A stretch of 64,000 nt of DNA. Origin: a candidate division WOR-3 bacterium. GTDB taxonomy: Bacteria; Hydrothermota; Hydrothermia; LBFQ01. The stretch lies in contig JBDRWW010000008.1 of assembly GCA_039802605.1 (NCBI GenBank), forward strand, positions 1 through 64,000, read 5' to 3'. Under the pieces are notes generated by a model. That model was given only the letters and a program-made list of their open reading frames with translations. It searched no databases and was not told the DNA's origin. Made by a program: the position numbers and the translations under genes. Below, piece by piece: positions 9,929 to 20,141 of this stretch (the first letter of the stretch is position 1; each line of letters starts with the position of its first letter).

Positions 9929-10453
9929 TCAATAGAGGATTTTTATACTGTCAATTTTTAAAATTACAAGGGCACCCATATACCTAATAACCCATTTTTG
10001 GGGAAACTTTACGGGTTCGTAAGCGTAATCCGAAACCTTAGCCGATATACCCTCCCCCCTAAACTCCTCAATCCTGTCGGAAACTATTTTTAAGTAATAG
10101 CCCTCTCCCCTTGAAATTTCCACCGTATCGGCGTATAGTTTTAATTTTAGGGGGTTAGATTCCTCAAAGACGAATTTACTTAGGGATATTAAAAATGCGC
10201 TACCGTTATCCATTTTTACAAATATACTGTCGGACAACTTGTAAAGTTTGAAATCGCCCTCTTTTGTGTTTATAAAGAACCTAACCGTGTATTTTCCGTA
10301 TGCTACGAGGTTGGGTAATTTTCTAATTTCTTCAAGAACGGTATTAACCTCTATCTCGTATATCAAAACATCCCTTTTAATTTCCGTCGCTTTTATACAT
10401 CCCGCTACGCTAAAAACTAAGGTAGAGGCTAAAATAAGCCGTGAAATATTCAT
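9929..10453 (-). CDS. Hypothetical lipoprotein
   Basis: From ATG 10453: MNISRLILASTLVFSVAGC lipobox; GGAGG upstream. Confidence 0.55.
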   Translation of the reverse strand: MNISRLILASTLVFSVAGCIKATEIKRDVLIYEIEVNTVLEEIRKLPNLVAYGKYTVRFFINTKEGDFKLYKLSDSIFVKMDNGSAFLISLSKFVFEESNPLKLKLYADTVEISRGEGYYLKIVSDRIEEFRGEGISAKVSDYAYEPVKFPQKWVIRYMGALVILKIDSIKILY

Positions 10454-12695
10454 ACCTCCCAACCCCCACATTTATCGGATCACCCGTTGAGGATAAAAGG
10501 GCATTCCCGTCGTTTATTTGTTTCTTATACCTTAGTTTAAACCTTATATAAGCGTTTCCCATTAAGGACTTTGAAAGGGTTATATAAAATTTCGAACCCC
10601 TGTTGTATAAAAAGTCTATTCCGTCGTCTTCAAAAACCCATAAAGAATACCCATTACTCGCCCATACACCGGAACCCATATTAATTCTCGTCCCTTCCGC
10701 GAAGGGGAATTCGTAAAAAACGCTTAAAAATCCACCGGATGAGGGGTTTAGGTTTTGGGATTTAAAATCCGAATACCTAACCTCGACACCCGCTATTGAA
10801 GATGCATCCGTTATAAAGAACATCCTAATGGCACTTTCCGTTGATTTGCTCTTATAAGGATATCCGTACCGGATATCCTCCCTGTCTAAGTACCTCCTCC
10901 ATACCCTAACCCTAAAAGACCATAGAACCCTCCACTCAACTTCCATATGCAACCTTTTATTTATCAATCCGTCGGTTTTATCCCTCCAATAGTCCAGATA
11001 AATACGGGGTAATATGATGTTTGAAAACAACCTATCCCTTACCTGAACGAAGAAACCCTCCTCGGGTTTTGGTAGGGGTAAATCCGCAACATTTGTGGCC
11101 AAGGGGTCCAAAACCCTATAAGAGTATCTGAAATCCGTCCTCTCAAATCTGTTATCCTCTTTAAAAGGCCTTGCATAAGGGTTTGTATAGTTTATCGCGT
11201 AATTTCTATAAACAAAATCAACCGTCTTGCTACCCCTCGCCCATTTAAGGATTAAAAGATATGACGGTTTGAAATCTTTTATGTTACCCGCAATATCCCC
11301 CCTTATTTCCAAATCGTTCAACAAAGCCATGTATGTTATACCCGCATACCTCTGTGTTCTTGAAGTGTCTATTGCAAAGGAAGGGTCGTACTTCCAACCG
11401 TTGTTAAAGGTATATGAATAATAGGGTATTGTTAAGCTACCCCAATTCCCCGAGAAGGGTTTGTCGTAATCAATCTGGAAAAACATCCCACCTATACCAA
11501 AACCGGAGGTGCTTATATAGTTTATCCCTCCCCCCACAATCCTCTCATCAATGGCATCTTTAAATATACCCGGTCTGAATTCGCTTGAATAGTAAAAAAG
11601 AGGTCTGTTTGCGGTATCAACAATTGCGTCCTTTTTATCCTTTGAAAATATGAAAAAGGGCGAAAACCCCGCAAAGTTCCCCCATATCCCCAAACCTCTG
11701 AGTTTAAAGGTTTCCCCATAAACCACATCGGGTATCAAACCCCAAACCTTTTCATAAACCCTATCCCCCACGCTTTCCGATGATTCAAATATTAAACCGT
11801 TTCCAAAGGAAAACCTATAATCACCCACCAAAACCCTTAAATAATCGTTTTTAAATCCCAGAAAAACCTTGTTATAGGCCGTATAGTTTTCCCACCTGTA
11901 AAATCCGAAGTCGTATTTTTCGTAAAGTTTAAACATTCCCCTTATGGAATACCCCAATTTTGGTAATGTTTTTATATCATTAGCCTCCTCCTGCAACCTG
12001 TTGAAAAATTCGTTTATACTCCCATCGCTCCAACCCCCTTCCCTCAAAAGGTTTATATTCCTTGAATTTCCACTAGTATCCATCAAGTCGTTTATTGATG
12101 ATGCTAAAAATGAAGAGGGGTCATAGGCGTAATTGCTGGTTATTGCATAAATTGAAAGAAAACCCTTTAATGGTTTGTATTCCTCTTTAAAACTTACGAA
12201 GTTCCTCAAATTTCTATACCCGTAATAGGACAGTCCGGGGGCAGACCTCAAATCCCGTAAGGAGTTTATTTTTGTTATCTCCCTCCATTTTATAACCGAT
12301 ATGGCATCTTTAAAGGATACACCGTATATGTTCATTAAATCGTAAATGTTTGCCTTGTTCGGGTTTATGGGGTTTCCACCCATAAGTATCCAATACTCCC
12401 TGCTTAGATCGGATGGGCTTTCCTCCCTCGTGGAGTACGATATAACATCTCCAATCCTACTTCCAAGACCCGAGGTATCCAGCTCTCCCGGGGAATATAA
12501 AACCAAAGAATCCTTAACCTTTGCGAAAATCTCATCCGTTATTCCGGGTACATTTCTCAATTCATAAATGCTTTCAAAATCACCTCTAAGTTGCCTGTAT
12601 TTATAAACGCTATCCGCCAAACCCTCTGGAAATATCCTCCTTAACTCTTCAAGCGTTGCACCGTTTAAGGATATGTATGCGATTAGAAAGGACAT
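10410..12695 (-). CDS. Helix-hairpin-helix (ComEA-like) protein with probable outer-membrane beta-barrel
   Basis: Two HhH regions (NGATLEEL...ELRNVPGI; NPNKANIYDL...SAPGL), amphipathic beta-strand C-terminal half ending YLSF. Confidence 0.7.
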   Translation of the reverse strand: MSFLIAYISLNGATLEELRRIFPEGLADSVYKYRQLRGDFESIYELRNVPGITDEIFAKVKDSLVLYSPGELDTSGLGSRIGDVISYSTREESPSDLSREYWILMGGNPINPNKANIYDLMNIYGVSFKDAISVIKWREITKINSLRDLRSAPGLSYYGYRNLRNFVSFKEEYKPLKGFLSIYAITSNYAYDPSSFLASSINDLMDTSGNSRNINLLREGGWSDGSINEFFNRLQEEANDIKTLPKLGYSIRGMFKLYEKYDFGFYRWENYTAYNKVFLGFKNDYLRVLVGDYRFSFGNGLIFESSESVGDRVYEKVWGLIPDVVYGETFKLRGLGIWGNFAGFSPFFIFSKDKKDAIVDTANRPLFYYSSEFRPGIFKDAIDERIVGGGINYISTSGFGIGGMFFQIDYDKPFSGNWGSLTIPYYSYTFNNGWKYDPSFAIDTSRTQRYAGITYMALLNDLEIRGDIAGNIKDFKPSYLLILKWARGSKTVDFVYRNYAINYTNPYARPFKEDNRFERTDFRYSYRVLDPLATNVADLPLPKPEEGFFVQVRDRLFSNIILPRIYLDYWRDKTDGLINKRLHMEVEWRVLWSFRVRVWRRYLDREDIRYGYPYKSKSTESAIRMFFITDASSIAGVEVRYSDFKSQNLNPSSGGFLSVFYEFPFAEGTRINMGSGVWASNGYSLWVFEDDGIDFLYNRGSKFYITLSKSLMGNAYIRFKLRYKKQINDGNALLSSTGDPINVGVGRYEYFTAYFSLYLSF

Positions 12696-12707
12696 TATGC
12701 CGTTATT

Positions 12708-13721
12708 CTACGGTTGTGAGGGTTTTAACACCGCCCTAAACCTCGCCTTCCCCTTTCTAACAACATCCAAGGCCTCATTAACCCTTTCAAACCCAAAAAC
12801 CTCAACCATAGGCCTGATGTTCCACTCCTTTGCAAACCTTAATGTTTCCCTCAAAAGCTTCCTATTACCCACGGCTGAGCCCGTTATTACAAGCCTTTTA
12901 CCGAGTATTTCCCGGGGATATATCTTTATCGGTTCTTGAGCGTTCCCCACAAATGTTAGCCTTCCCCTCGGCGCAAGCCCATTTATTAACCTCTCTATTG
13001 AACCGGACACAAAGGATGTGGTTATTATGACATCCATACCCCCCAAGTCCTTTAACCTTTTAGGAACATTTTCGTCATCATAAACGAACTCATCCGCACC
13101 GAGTTTTTTAACCAATTCTTCCTTATCTTTACTACTACTTATCGCTACGACAAATCCCCCCATCGCCTTTGCAAACTGAACCGCCAAATGCCCAAGGCCG
13201 CCTATGGAATGCACCGCAACCCTTTCCCCAGCTTTTAAACCAACCCTCCTTAGAGCCGAATATACCGTTAATCCTGCGCAAAATAACGGTGCCGCTTCCT
13301 CGGGTTTTAAACCCTCGGGAACCTTTGTTATGAAATTGGCCGGAGCCTTCATGTATTCCGCATAACCCCCTTGAACGGATATACCCGTTATTTTATACTC
13401 CGGGCATAACTGCTCTTCCCCCTCAACACAATAATCGCAAACGCCACAAGATGAATAAACCCAAGGCATCCCCACCCTTTCCCCTATCTCAACATTTCTT
13501 ACATTCTTCCCCTTATCAACCACAACCCCCACAACCTCATGCCCGGGAACAACGGGGTACCTAACTCTATCCGCCCAATCGCCATCAACTATATGTATAT
13601 CACTATGGCAAACCCCACAACACTCAACCCTTATTAAAACTTCATCTTCGTTTATTTTGGGAATTTCCCACTCTTCTATAACCAAAGGCTTACCCGGTTC
13701 ATAGCAAACCGCAACCTTCAT
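12708..13721 (-). CDS. Zinc-dependent alcohol dehydrogenase (AdhP-like)
   Basis: CGVCHSD, PGHE, CGVCDYC...C structural Zn site, APLFCAG, GGLGHLA. Confidence 0.93.
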   Translation of the reverse strand: MKVAVCYEPGKPLVIEEWEIPKINEDEVLIRVECCGVCHSDIHIVDGDWADRVRYPVVPGHEVVGVVVDKGKNVRNVEIGERVGMPWVYSSCGVCDYCVEGEEQLCPEYKITGISVQGGYAEYMKAPANFITKVPEGLKPEEAAPLFCAGLTVYSALRRVGLKAGERVAVHSIGGLGHLAVQFAKAMGGFVVAISSSKDKEELVKKLGADEFVYDDENVPKRLKDLGGMDVIITTSFVSGSIERLINGLAPRGRLTFVGNAQEPIKIYPREILGKRLVITGSAVGNRKLLRETLRFAKEWNIRPMVEVFGFERVNEALDVVRKGKARFRAVLKPSQP

Positions 13722-13786
13722 AAGTTGGGAATTATAACGAGGGTAATATCATCTCTAAAACCTTTCAGCGGTATAATACCCGCATT

Positions 13787-14176
13787 ATGGAAGAGATAAT
13801 CCACAAGGTTGAAGAAGAATACAAGCGTAAGGATCTACCCGAAATAAAACCCGGCGATACGGTTAAGGTTTATTGGAAGATTTTGGAAATAAAGGAAGAT
13901 CCCAAAAAGAAAACGAGGGATGTTAAGATGAGGACACAGGTTTTTGAGGGTGTGGTCTTGGCATTGCAGGGTAAAGGGATAAATAAAAAGATACTCGTTA
14001 GGAAAATTAGTTATGGAATACCCGTTGAAAGGCTCTTCCCCCTGCATTCCCCATACCTCGAAAAGTTAGAAATAGTATCAAGGGCAAAGGTTAGAAGGGC
14101 AAAACTATACTACCTAAGGGATAAGATAGGGAAAGCCGCAAAGTTAAAGGTTTTGCGTGAGGAAAATCAAGGGTAG
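13787..14176 (+). CDS. rplS: 50S ribosomal protein L19
   Basis: PGDTVKV, QVFEGVV, VRKISYG.PVERLFP, VRRAKLYYLR. Confidence 0.97.
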   Translation: MEEIIHKVEEEYKRKDLPEIKPGDTVKVYWKILEIKEDPKKKTRDVKMRTQVFEGVVLALQGKGINKKILVRKISYGIPVERLFPLHSPYLEKLEIVSRAKVRRAKLYYLRDKIGKAAKLKVLREENQG

Positions 14177-14486
14177 GCTCTCGGAAGACAGGGTAGAAGG
14201 TTTTTTAAAGAATAGGGGTTTTGAGGTTTTAGCGAGGAATTATAGAAAGGTTTTTGGCGAGATAGATATAATAGCCTATAAGGATGGCGAAGTTTGGTTT
14301 GTTGAGGTAAAAACTCACAATCCAACCTTTAACCCTATGGATAAAATTGATCACAAAAAATTAAACCGAATGTTAAAGGTTGCGGGTTGCTTTATGGAGG
14401 AAAGGGGTATATCCGCACGGGCGAGGATGTTTTTGGCAATCGTTAGAGAAGAAAAGGTGGATTTTGTTGAAATAGATGCTTGGTAA
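14157..14486 (+). CDS. YraN-family PD-(D/E)XK nuclease-like protein
   Basis: RNYR..FGEIDIIA...FVEVK; usual position downstream of rplS. Confidence 0.88.
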   Translation: MRKIKGRLSEDRVEGFLKNRGFEVLARNYRKVFGEIDIIAYKDGEVWFVEVKTHNPTFNPMDKIDHKKLNRMLKVAGCFMEERGISARARMFLAIVREEKVDFVEIDAW

Positions 14487-15495
14487 AATCCTCAGGTTTT
14501 CCCCAAAAAGGCTTATACTCTTTCCGGAAAAGGGGTATTTGCAGGTTAAATGGGAAAAGGGTGAATATAAAGGTGAATTTGTAAAAAATTTTGGGAACCT
14601 GGTGATAGAGGAATACGATTATCCAGCAGTTTTGTTGAAGTTTCAGGAAAGCCTTAGGGTTTTTAAAATTTACGCATTGCTTTGGTATGAGGTTGATTTT
14701 TATATAAAAAGGGGAATAAAGGTTGAAGAATTCGTTGGTGGATTGCCGGGCAGGTGGGAGGAAAATTTAAGGGGTTGGAATATAAGAACTATGCAAACAT
14801 TAAACGGAAAATATTTTCTGGCTTATAAGAGGACGAATAGGGCGAGTATTAGGTTTTTGAGGGTTAAGGATGGGATAAAGAGGTTAAAGTTTCCACGCAG
14901 GATGAATATTTTGGCGGTTTTCGAGGGGGATTTTACATTTGAAGGGGCGGTAAGGGTTTTGAGGGAATATTTTGAAAAAGCGGGATATACCTTTAAATCG
15001 CCCGAAATAAAAAACGGCACAATTTTCGGAAAATATTACATAAAGATTATGGGAGATTCCATACTTTTGGTGCATATTCCCCGGGCGGTTTTTAGGGTTG
15101 TGTTTGAAAGGTTTAAGGGGGGTTATCAGGTGGTAAAAAACCTATTAATGCCAATAAAACTGGATAAGATACCGGAAACCGTAAAAATCAGGTTGTCAAG
15201 GTTGGGTTTTAAATTCTCCGGGAATAGCATCATATCCGTTCCAGAACTTCCCATTTCTTTTGCTGCAAACGCCATTGAGAATTTTATAAGGGAGAGTACG
15301 GGAATAGAAGGGGAGGACGATTTTATTAAGAAACTCTCAAAGGCCCTTTCCGAAGACGCACAAATAAAGGATGTGGAAAACTTTATTTTTGAACTCTTTA
15401 TGTGCAAAAACCCTTATCAAGACCCGGAAGGGAATGTAATAATAAAGCGCATATCCTTGGATGAAATTAACGAATATTTTGGGGAAAACATCTAA
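14476..15495 (+). CDS. Protein with degenerate MutL C-terminal dimerisation domain
   Basis: C-half aligns by eye with MutL-CTD (GTIFGKYYI, VHIPRAVFRVVFE, LLMPI, LGF, LFMCKNPYQDPEG...ISLDEI...F); no GHKL ATPase motifs. Confidence 0.6.
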   Translation: MLGKILRFSPKRLILFPEKGYLQVKWEKGEYKGEFVKNFGNLVIEEYDYPAVLLKFQESLRVFKIYALLWYEVDFYIKRGIKVEEFVGGLPGRWEENLRGWNIRTMQTLNGKYFLAYKRTNRASIRFLRVKDGIKRLKFPRRMNILAVFEGDFTFEGAVRVLREYFEKAGYTFKSPEIKNGTIFGKYYIKIMGDSILLVHIPRAVFRVVFERFKGGYQVVKNLLMPIKLDKIPETVKIRLSRLGFKFSGNSIISVPELPISFAANAIENFIRESTGIEGEDDFIKKLSKALSEDAQIKDVENFIFELFMCKNPYQDPEGNVIIKRISLDEINEYFGENI

Positions 15496-16457
15496 AACTC
15501 CGATTTAAACATATCCAAAAACCTTTTGTCGTTCTCGTAAAACATCCTTATGTCTTCAATGCCGTATTTTACCATTGCAAACCTTTCAACGCCTATGCCA
15601 AAGGCATACCCCGTCCATTCATCCGGGTTTATTCCAACATTTTCTAAAACCTTTGGATGAACCATACCACAGCCCAACATCTCTAACCACTTACCCTTAT
15701 AAAAAACATGAACCTCCATAGAGGGCTCCGTAAATGGAAAATATGAAGGTGCAAACTTTACCTTTGTTCCCTCACCGAATAACTTTTCAACAACCCTCTC
15801 GATGACCCATTTCAAATCCCCAACGCCGAGATTCCTATCAACCGCCAAACCCTCTATTTGATGGAATACGGGGGAATGCGTTGAATCAAAATCATCCGCC
15901 CTGAAAACCTTCCCAAAAGTTGCGGCCTTTAAAGGCGGTTTGTTTTTAAGCATATACCTTATTTGAAATGGGGAGGTGTGTGTTCTTAACATTTTTCCAT
16001 AATTTAAATATAAGGACTGCTGCATATCCCTTGCCGGGTGGTATTTGGGGATGTTTAGCATTTCAAAGTTAAATTTCTCATCTTCAACCTCTGGGCTGTC
16101 TTGAATATCAAACCCCATACTTTCAAGGACTCCGAGGATCTCCTTAGCCACCAAAAATATGGGATGGAATGCCCCCAAACCCCTATAAGGCTTTCCGGGA
16201 ACGGTTGGGTCAAAAGGTTCTATTACATCCAATAGTTCTTCCCTTTTATCCTCAAAAGCCTTTTCAATCCTCTCCCTTAGTTCGTTTAACTCCTTACCTT
16301 TAATCCTCTTTTCCTCCGGTGATAAATCCTTTAAACCTTCAAGGAGTTTTTTAACCTTACCTTTCCTCCCCAAATATTCCGCCTTTAAAGAATCAAGTTC
16401 TGCGAGGGTTTTTACGGATTTTAACCTTTCTATAACCTCGTTATAGAGGTCGTTCAT
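15492..16457 (-). CDS. pheS: Phenylalanine--tRNA ligase alpha subunit
   Basis: [44 protein letters not shown]. Confidence 0.98.
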   Translation of the reverse strand: MNDLYNEVIERLKSVKTLAELDSLKAEYLGRKGKVKKLLEGLKDLSPEEKRIKGKELNELRERIEKAFEDKREELLDVIEPFDPTVPGKPYRGLGAFHPIFLVAKEILGVLESMGFDIQDSPEVEDEKFNFEMLNIPKYHPARDMQQSLYLNYGKMLRTHTSPFQIRYMLKNKPPLKAATFGKVFRADDFDSTHSPVFHQIEGLAVDRNLGVGDLKWVIERVVEKLFGEGTKVKFAPSYFPFTEPSMEVHVFYKGKWLEMLGCGMVHPKVLENVGINPDEWTGYAFGIGVERFAMVKYGIEDIRMFYENDKRFLDMFKSEF

Positions 16458-16804
16458 AGGTGTTCTTTTGCCTTTTCCACCAATTGCTCAAAAACCTTTG
16501 GTTCATAATATGCTATATAAGCCAAAACCTTCCTATCAAGTTCAACACCCGCCTTCTTCAAGCCGTATATAAACCTTGAATAGTTTAAACCGTATTGCCT
16601 GCAAGCGGCGTTTATCCTCTGTATCCACAACCTACGGAATTCCCTCTTTTTCCTCTTTCTATCAACATAGGCATGCCTCAAAGCCTTTAAAACCGTTTCT
16701 TTTGCGTTCTTAAACCTCCGTGAATTAACACCCCAATAACCCTTGGCCAAACTTAACCAAAATTTATGCCTTTCTTGTCTATACTTTCCGGTCTTTACTC
16801 TCAT
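16454..16804 (-). CDS. rplT: 50S ribosomal protein L20
   Basis: [32 protein letters not shown]. Confidence 0.98.
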   Translation of the reverse strand: MRVKTGKYRQERHKFWLSLAKGYWGVNSRRFKNAKETVLKALRHAYVDRKRKKREFRRLWIQRINAACRQYGLNYSRFIYGLKKAGVELDRKVLAYIAYYEPKVFEQLVEKAKEHL

Positions 16805-17002
16805 AGTTGGGAATTCTACTCCCGATTTGTTTGTTTGTGGGTGGAGATATTGAGGGCGGAAAGCTTTTCAACATTATAATGCCTTCCTATGGTAATGTTA
16901 ATAGATGTTGAAAAGGCAGTTTATTCTGGATTATCAGATATTGTTGTTCTTCACAGAGATCGAAAGCATCTTTAAATTAGAAGGGAGCACGAGCACAAAG
17001 CC

Positions 17003-18817
17003 ATGAATAAAATAACGGTTTTGGGAAAAATCAAGTTTGATTTAAGAGATCCCGATGAGGCATATCTTGCCCAACACGAGTTATCCGCAATTTTAGATAC
17101 AGAAGTGATTCCCGTAAAAACCATCCCGGCGCTCTTTAAAAATTATCCGTTCAACAAGTTAAATGACGATATAATTCACATAATCACCCGCCATCTATAT
17201 CTCGGTGAAATACAGGGATACATAGCGGAAGTTAATACCGTTGATGCCAACAAATTGATATTACAGCCTGCCCTTTTTAAGGAAATATATCTCCTAATAG
17301 AAACCGATAAGGATGAAGGAGAAATTAAACAAATTCTTTCCCTTTCCAATGAAAATTTATACCAGCTGTTTACATCTCGGTTAGAAGATGGTAAAAAGAT
17401 TATTGTAGTAAGATTACTGCCTATACAAACCATATTTGAGTATGTCACAGATGTAAAAAAGTTGCCCGCTGTGGCTATTACTCCCAAAAAATCTAAAAAC
17501 TGGGATGAGTATTTTGCTGAAAAAGAGGAGGGTATAGAAAGGGGTTTAGATGAACTATTAGAGCATCTAAGGAATAACCATTTCCGTGCACCGCATCTTG
17601 GATTGGGGAAAAGACATATTGGTGATTTTATAGATTGGGCATCTACGGATTTAAGAAAACCTTTCCTACATTACCTACATAAGTATAAGGGAAAGGGAGA
17701 TCCAAGAATATCCAGGGCTTTGATAAATTTGTTAAAAGTAAAAAAAGGTGATACGATTTTGGACCCTTTTGCGGGTTCAGGTGCTTTTATAGCGGATGCT
17801 CCAACAATGGGTTTAAACGCTATTGGTGTTGAAATCCTGAAAATCGGGAAGATTATTTCGTATGTAAAATGCGATTTGAATTATAATATGTCGGAACTAA
17901 GAAAAGAAATAGTAAATCTTTTTTCAAAGGTTGATAGAACCGGGCAAGATTTGTTTGGATCTAACCTTGACGAGGATATAGAAAAAGTTAGAACAAAATT
18001 GAGAAAACACGCAGGAGAAACGGCATATTTTAGAAATATCTTCCCACACTTACAGAAGATAATATATTTGAAAAATGAAATAGAACGGATACAGAATAAA
18101 AAAATCAGGGATTTTCTCCTTGTTTTGCTTAGTCAAAAAATCGTAGAATTTTCCGAGAAAAAGTATTCCAATAATTTCGTCGCCTCCTTTCAAAGTTATG
18201 TTGAAGATAGATACCTTACCTTATACGCCACTTTGAAATTGGCAGAGAAATTAGGTGTAAATATAAACGATGGAAAGGTGAATATAATAAGAGGCGATTC
18301 AACTCGGATGGATTTTATAGAAGATAATTCCATAGATGGAATATTGACTTCGCCTCCCTATTTTGACGCCTTGGATTATATTGGAAACAACATTATCTCA
18401 ATAATCATACTGGGATTTGATGATGACCTGAATTTTGGTTCAACCAAAGATTATTACTCAAAATTTGAAAAATACGATTTAAATATGCCAGAATCAAGCA
18501 AAGACCTAATCAACCTGCTTAAAAAATCCAAAAGATCTACAAAAGCCGAAATAGTGGAAAATTATCTCAAAATGATGAAATTGTCTTTTAGAGAATGTTA
18601 CAGGGTTCTAAAACCTAAAAAATTCTATGCAATGGTGGTTAGCAAATATCATAGTTGGGTTATAAACGGAGAAGAACGAAAAATAGAGACATCAAAGGTT
18701 TTGGCCGATTTGGGATTATCCGAAGGCTTTAAATTGGTTGGGATAATCCAACATGGCTTATCAAAGGCGGATAAGGGGAAAATAAATATAGAAGATATAT
18801 TGATATTTCAAAAATGA
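17003..18817 (+). CDS. Orphan site-specific DNA amino-methyltransferase (motif I before TSPPY; probably N4-C) with long N-terminal extension
   Basis: HKYKGK, ILDPFAGSG (motif I), ILTSPPY (motif IV), RVLKP; SD-like GAAGGGAG upstream. Confidence 0.8.
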   Translation: MNKITVLGKIKFDLRDPDEAYLAQHELSAILDTEVIPVKTIPALFKNYPFNKLNDDIIHIITRHLYLGEIQGYIAEVNTVDANKLILQPALFKEIYLLIETDKDEGEIKQILSLSNENLYQLFTSRLEDGKKIIVVRLLPIQTIFEYVTDVKKLPAVAITPKKSKNWDEYFAEKEEGIERGLDELLEHLRNNHFRAPHLGLGKRHIGDFIDWASTDLRKPFLHYLHKYKGKGDPRISRALINLLKVKKGDTILDPFAGSGAFIADAPTMGLNAIGVEILKIGKIISYVKCDLNYNMSELRKEIVNLFSKVDRTGQDLFGSNLDEDIEKVRTKLRKHAGETAYFRNIFPHLQKIIYLKNEIERIQNKKIRDFLLVLLSQKIVEFSEKKYSNNFVASFQSYVEDRYLTLYATLKLAEKLGVNINDGKVNIIRGDSTRMDFIEDNSIDGILTSPPYFDALDYIGNNIISIIILGFDDDLNFGSTKDYYSKFEKYDLNMPESSKDLINLLKKSKRSTKAEIVENYLKMMKLSFRECYRVLKPKKFYAMVVSKYHSWVINGEERKIETSKVLADLGLSEGFKLVGIIQHGLSKADKGKINIEDILIFQK

Positions 18818-18913
18818 ACGAAAACAAATCTGTTATTCAAACGGTAGGCCTGTAAAGAGGTTATTATAGTGTTTTGATTTTATCCTTTGGTTTCACCCTT
18901 AAAATATCCATTT

Positions 18914-19093
18914 ATGGGAAACATTATAGGGTATTTGATAATAGCGCTTTTGGGGGTGTTGGTTTGGGGGCATAACTGGGGTGTTAAAATAATAGATGTT
19001 GGTAGGGATTGGCCCGTCGTGCTTATATTGGTGGGTGTATGGGGGATAATAAGGGAAATTTTTAAAAACCGTAAATCTCCCCCAAAACCTTAA
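18914..19093 (+). CDS. Small two-TM membrane protein (DUF5668/LiaF-TM-like)
   Basis: Two hydrophobic helices with WPVVLILVG; ATG 18914 is 8 nt after TAAAAT. Confidence 0.6.
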   Translation: MGNIIGYLIIALLGVLVWGHNWGVKIIDVGRDWPVVLILVGVWGIIREIFKNRKSPPKP

Positions 19094-20141
19094 CTATCCT
19101 CTTTGCGGTTTTACCATCCCATAAAGGTATCTCCGTATTTTTAAACTTACCGAACTTTCTTTCAACCGCACCCGGTAAATCTTTTAGATTTTCCACGAGT
19201 TCGTTTGTTCCGAGTTTTATGGTTATAGGCCTTTCGGTGTTTGGCCTAAGGGTTATACAAGGTATCCCCAAAAAGGATGTCTCCTCCTGAATCCCTCCGG
19301 AATCCGTTATAACTAGCCCGGCACCCAGCATAAGGGATAAAAATTCAGTATATCTTAAAGGCTGAACGGTTGTAAATTTGGGTTTTAAACCCAATTCTTC
19401 AAGGTTTTTCCGCGTTCTCGGGTGTACGGGTAATATTATTGGGAATTTTTTTGAAATTTCGTTAAAGGTATGAACAATTTCCTTCAACCTATCGGGATTA
19501 TCGACATTTGAAGGCCTATGTAATGTTGAGACTATATAATAACCCCTTTCAAGTCCAAAACTTTCCCATACCTTTAAACTTTCCGCCCTAGGCAAAGCGT
19601 GTATGAGGCTGTCTATCATTATATTGCCCACCGTGAAAATCCCTTTTGGATCCTTTCCCTCTTTTAAAAGGTTTTCCGTGGCATCATAAGAAGGTGAAAA
19701 TAGGTAATCGGAAAGTGCATCCGTCGTTATCCTATTAATCTCCTCGGGCATACTCCAATCCCCACTCCTCAAACCCGCCTCAACATGGGCCAACCTTAAG
19801 CCCAAATGCTTTGCCGAAACCGATAGGGCTAAGGTTGAATTAACATCCCCAAAAACCACAACAAGATCCGGTTTTAAATCCTTTAAAACATTTTCCGAAA
19901 GGGAAATAATCTTTGAAATCTGCTGAACATTCGTATCGGAACCCACACCCAAATATATATCCGGTTTAGGTAGGTTAAAGTCCTCAAAAAAAGCCTGCGA
20001 TAGCTCGTAATCGTAATGCTGACCCGTATGCAATATAATGGGGTTTATACCCCTATCCTTTAAGGTATAATAAAGGGGAAAGAGTTTTACAAAATTTGGC
20101 CTTGCACCCGCAACCAATAAAACTTTAAAATTCGTATTCAT
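19062..20141 (-). CDS. wecB: UDP-N-acetylglucosamine 2-epimerase (non-hydrolysing)
   Basis: GARPNFVK, HTGQHYD, HVEAGLRS, MPEEINR, TDSGGIQEE; start moved to ATG 20141. Confidence 0.95.
   Translation of the reverse strand: MNTNFKVLLVAGARPNFVKLFPLYYTLKDRGINPIILHTGQHYDYELSQAFFEDFNLPKPDIYLGVGSDTNVQQISKIISLSENVLKDLKPDLVVVFGDVNSTLALSVSAKHLGLRLAHVEAGLRSGDWSMPEEINRITTDALSDYLFSPSYDATENLLKEGKDPKGIFTVGNIMIDSLIHALPRAESLKVWESFGLERGYYIVSTLHRPSNVDNPDRLKEIVHTFNEISKKFPIILPVHPRTRKNLEELGLKPKFTTVQPLRYTEFLSLMLGAGLVITDSGGIQEETSFLGIPCITLRPNTERPITIKLGTNELVENLKDLPGAVERKFGKFKNTEIPLWDGKTAKRIVKVLGEIYGF

Noticed and set aside
16824..18830. 9-bp inverted repeat (GATTTGTTT/AAACAAATC) around the orphan MTase
   Set aside because: Too short and AT-rich to distinguish from chance; no transposase
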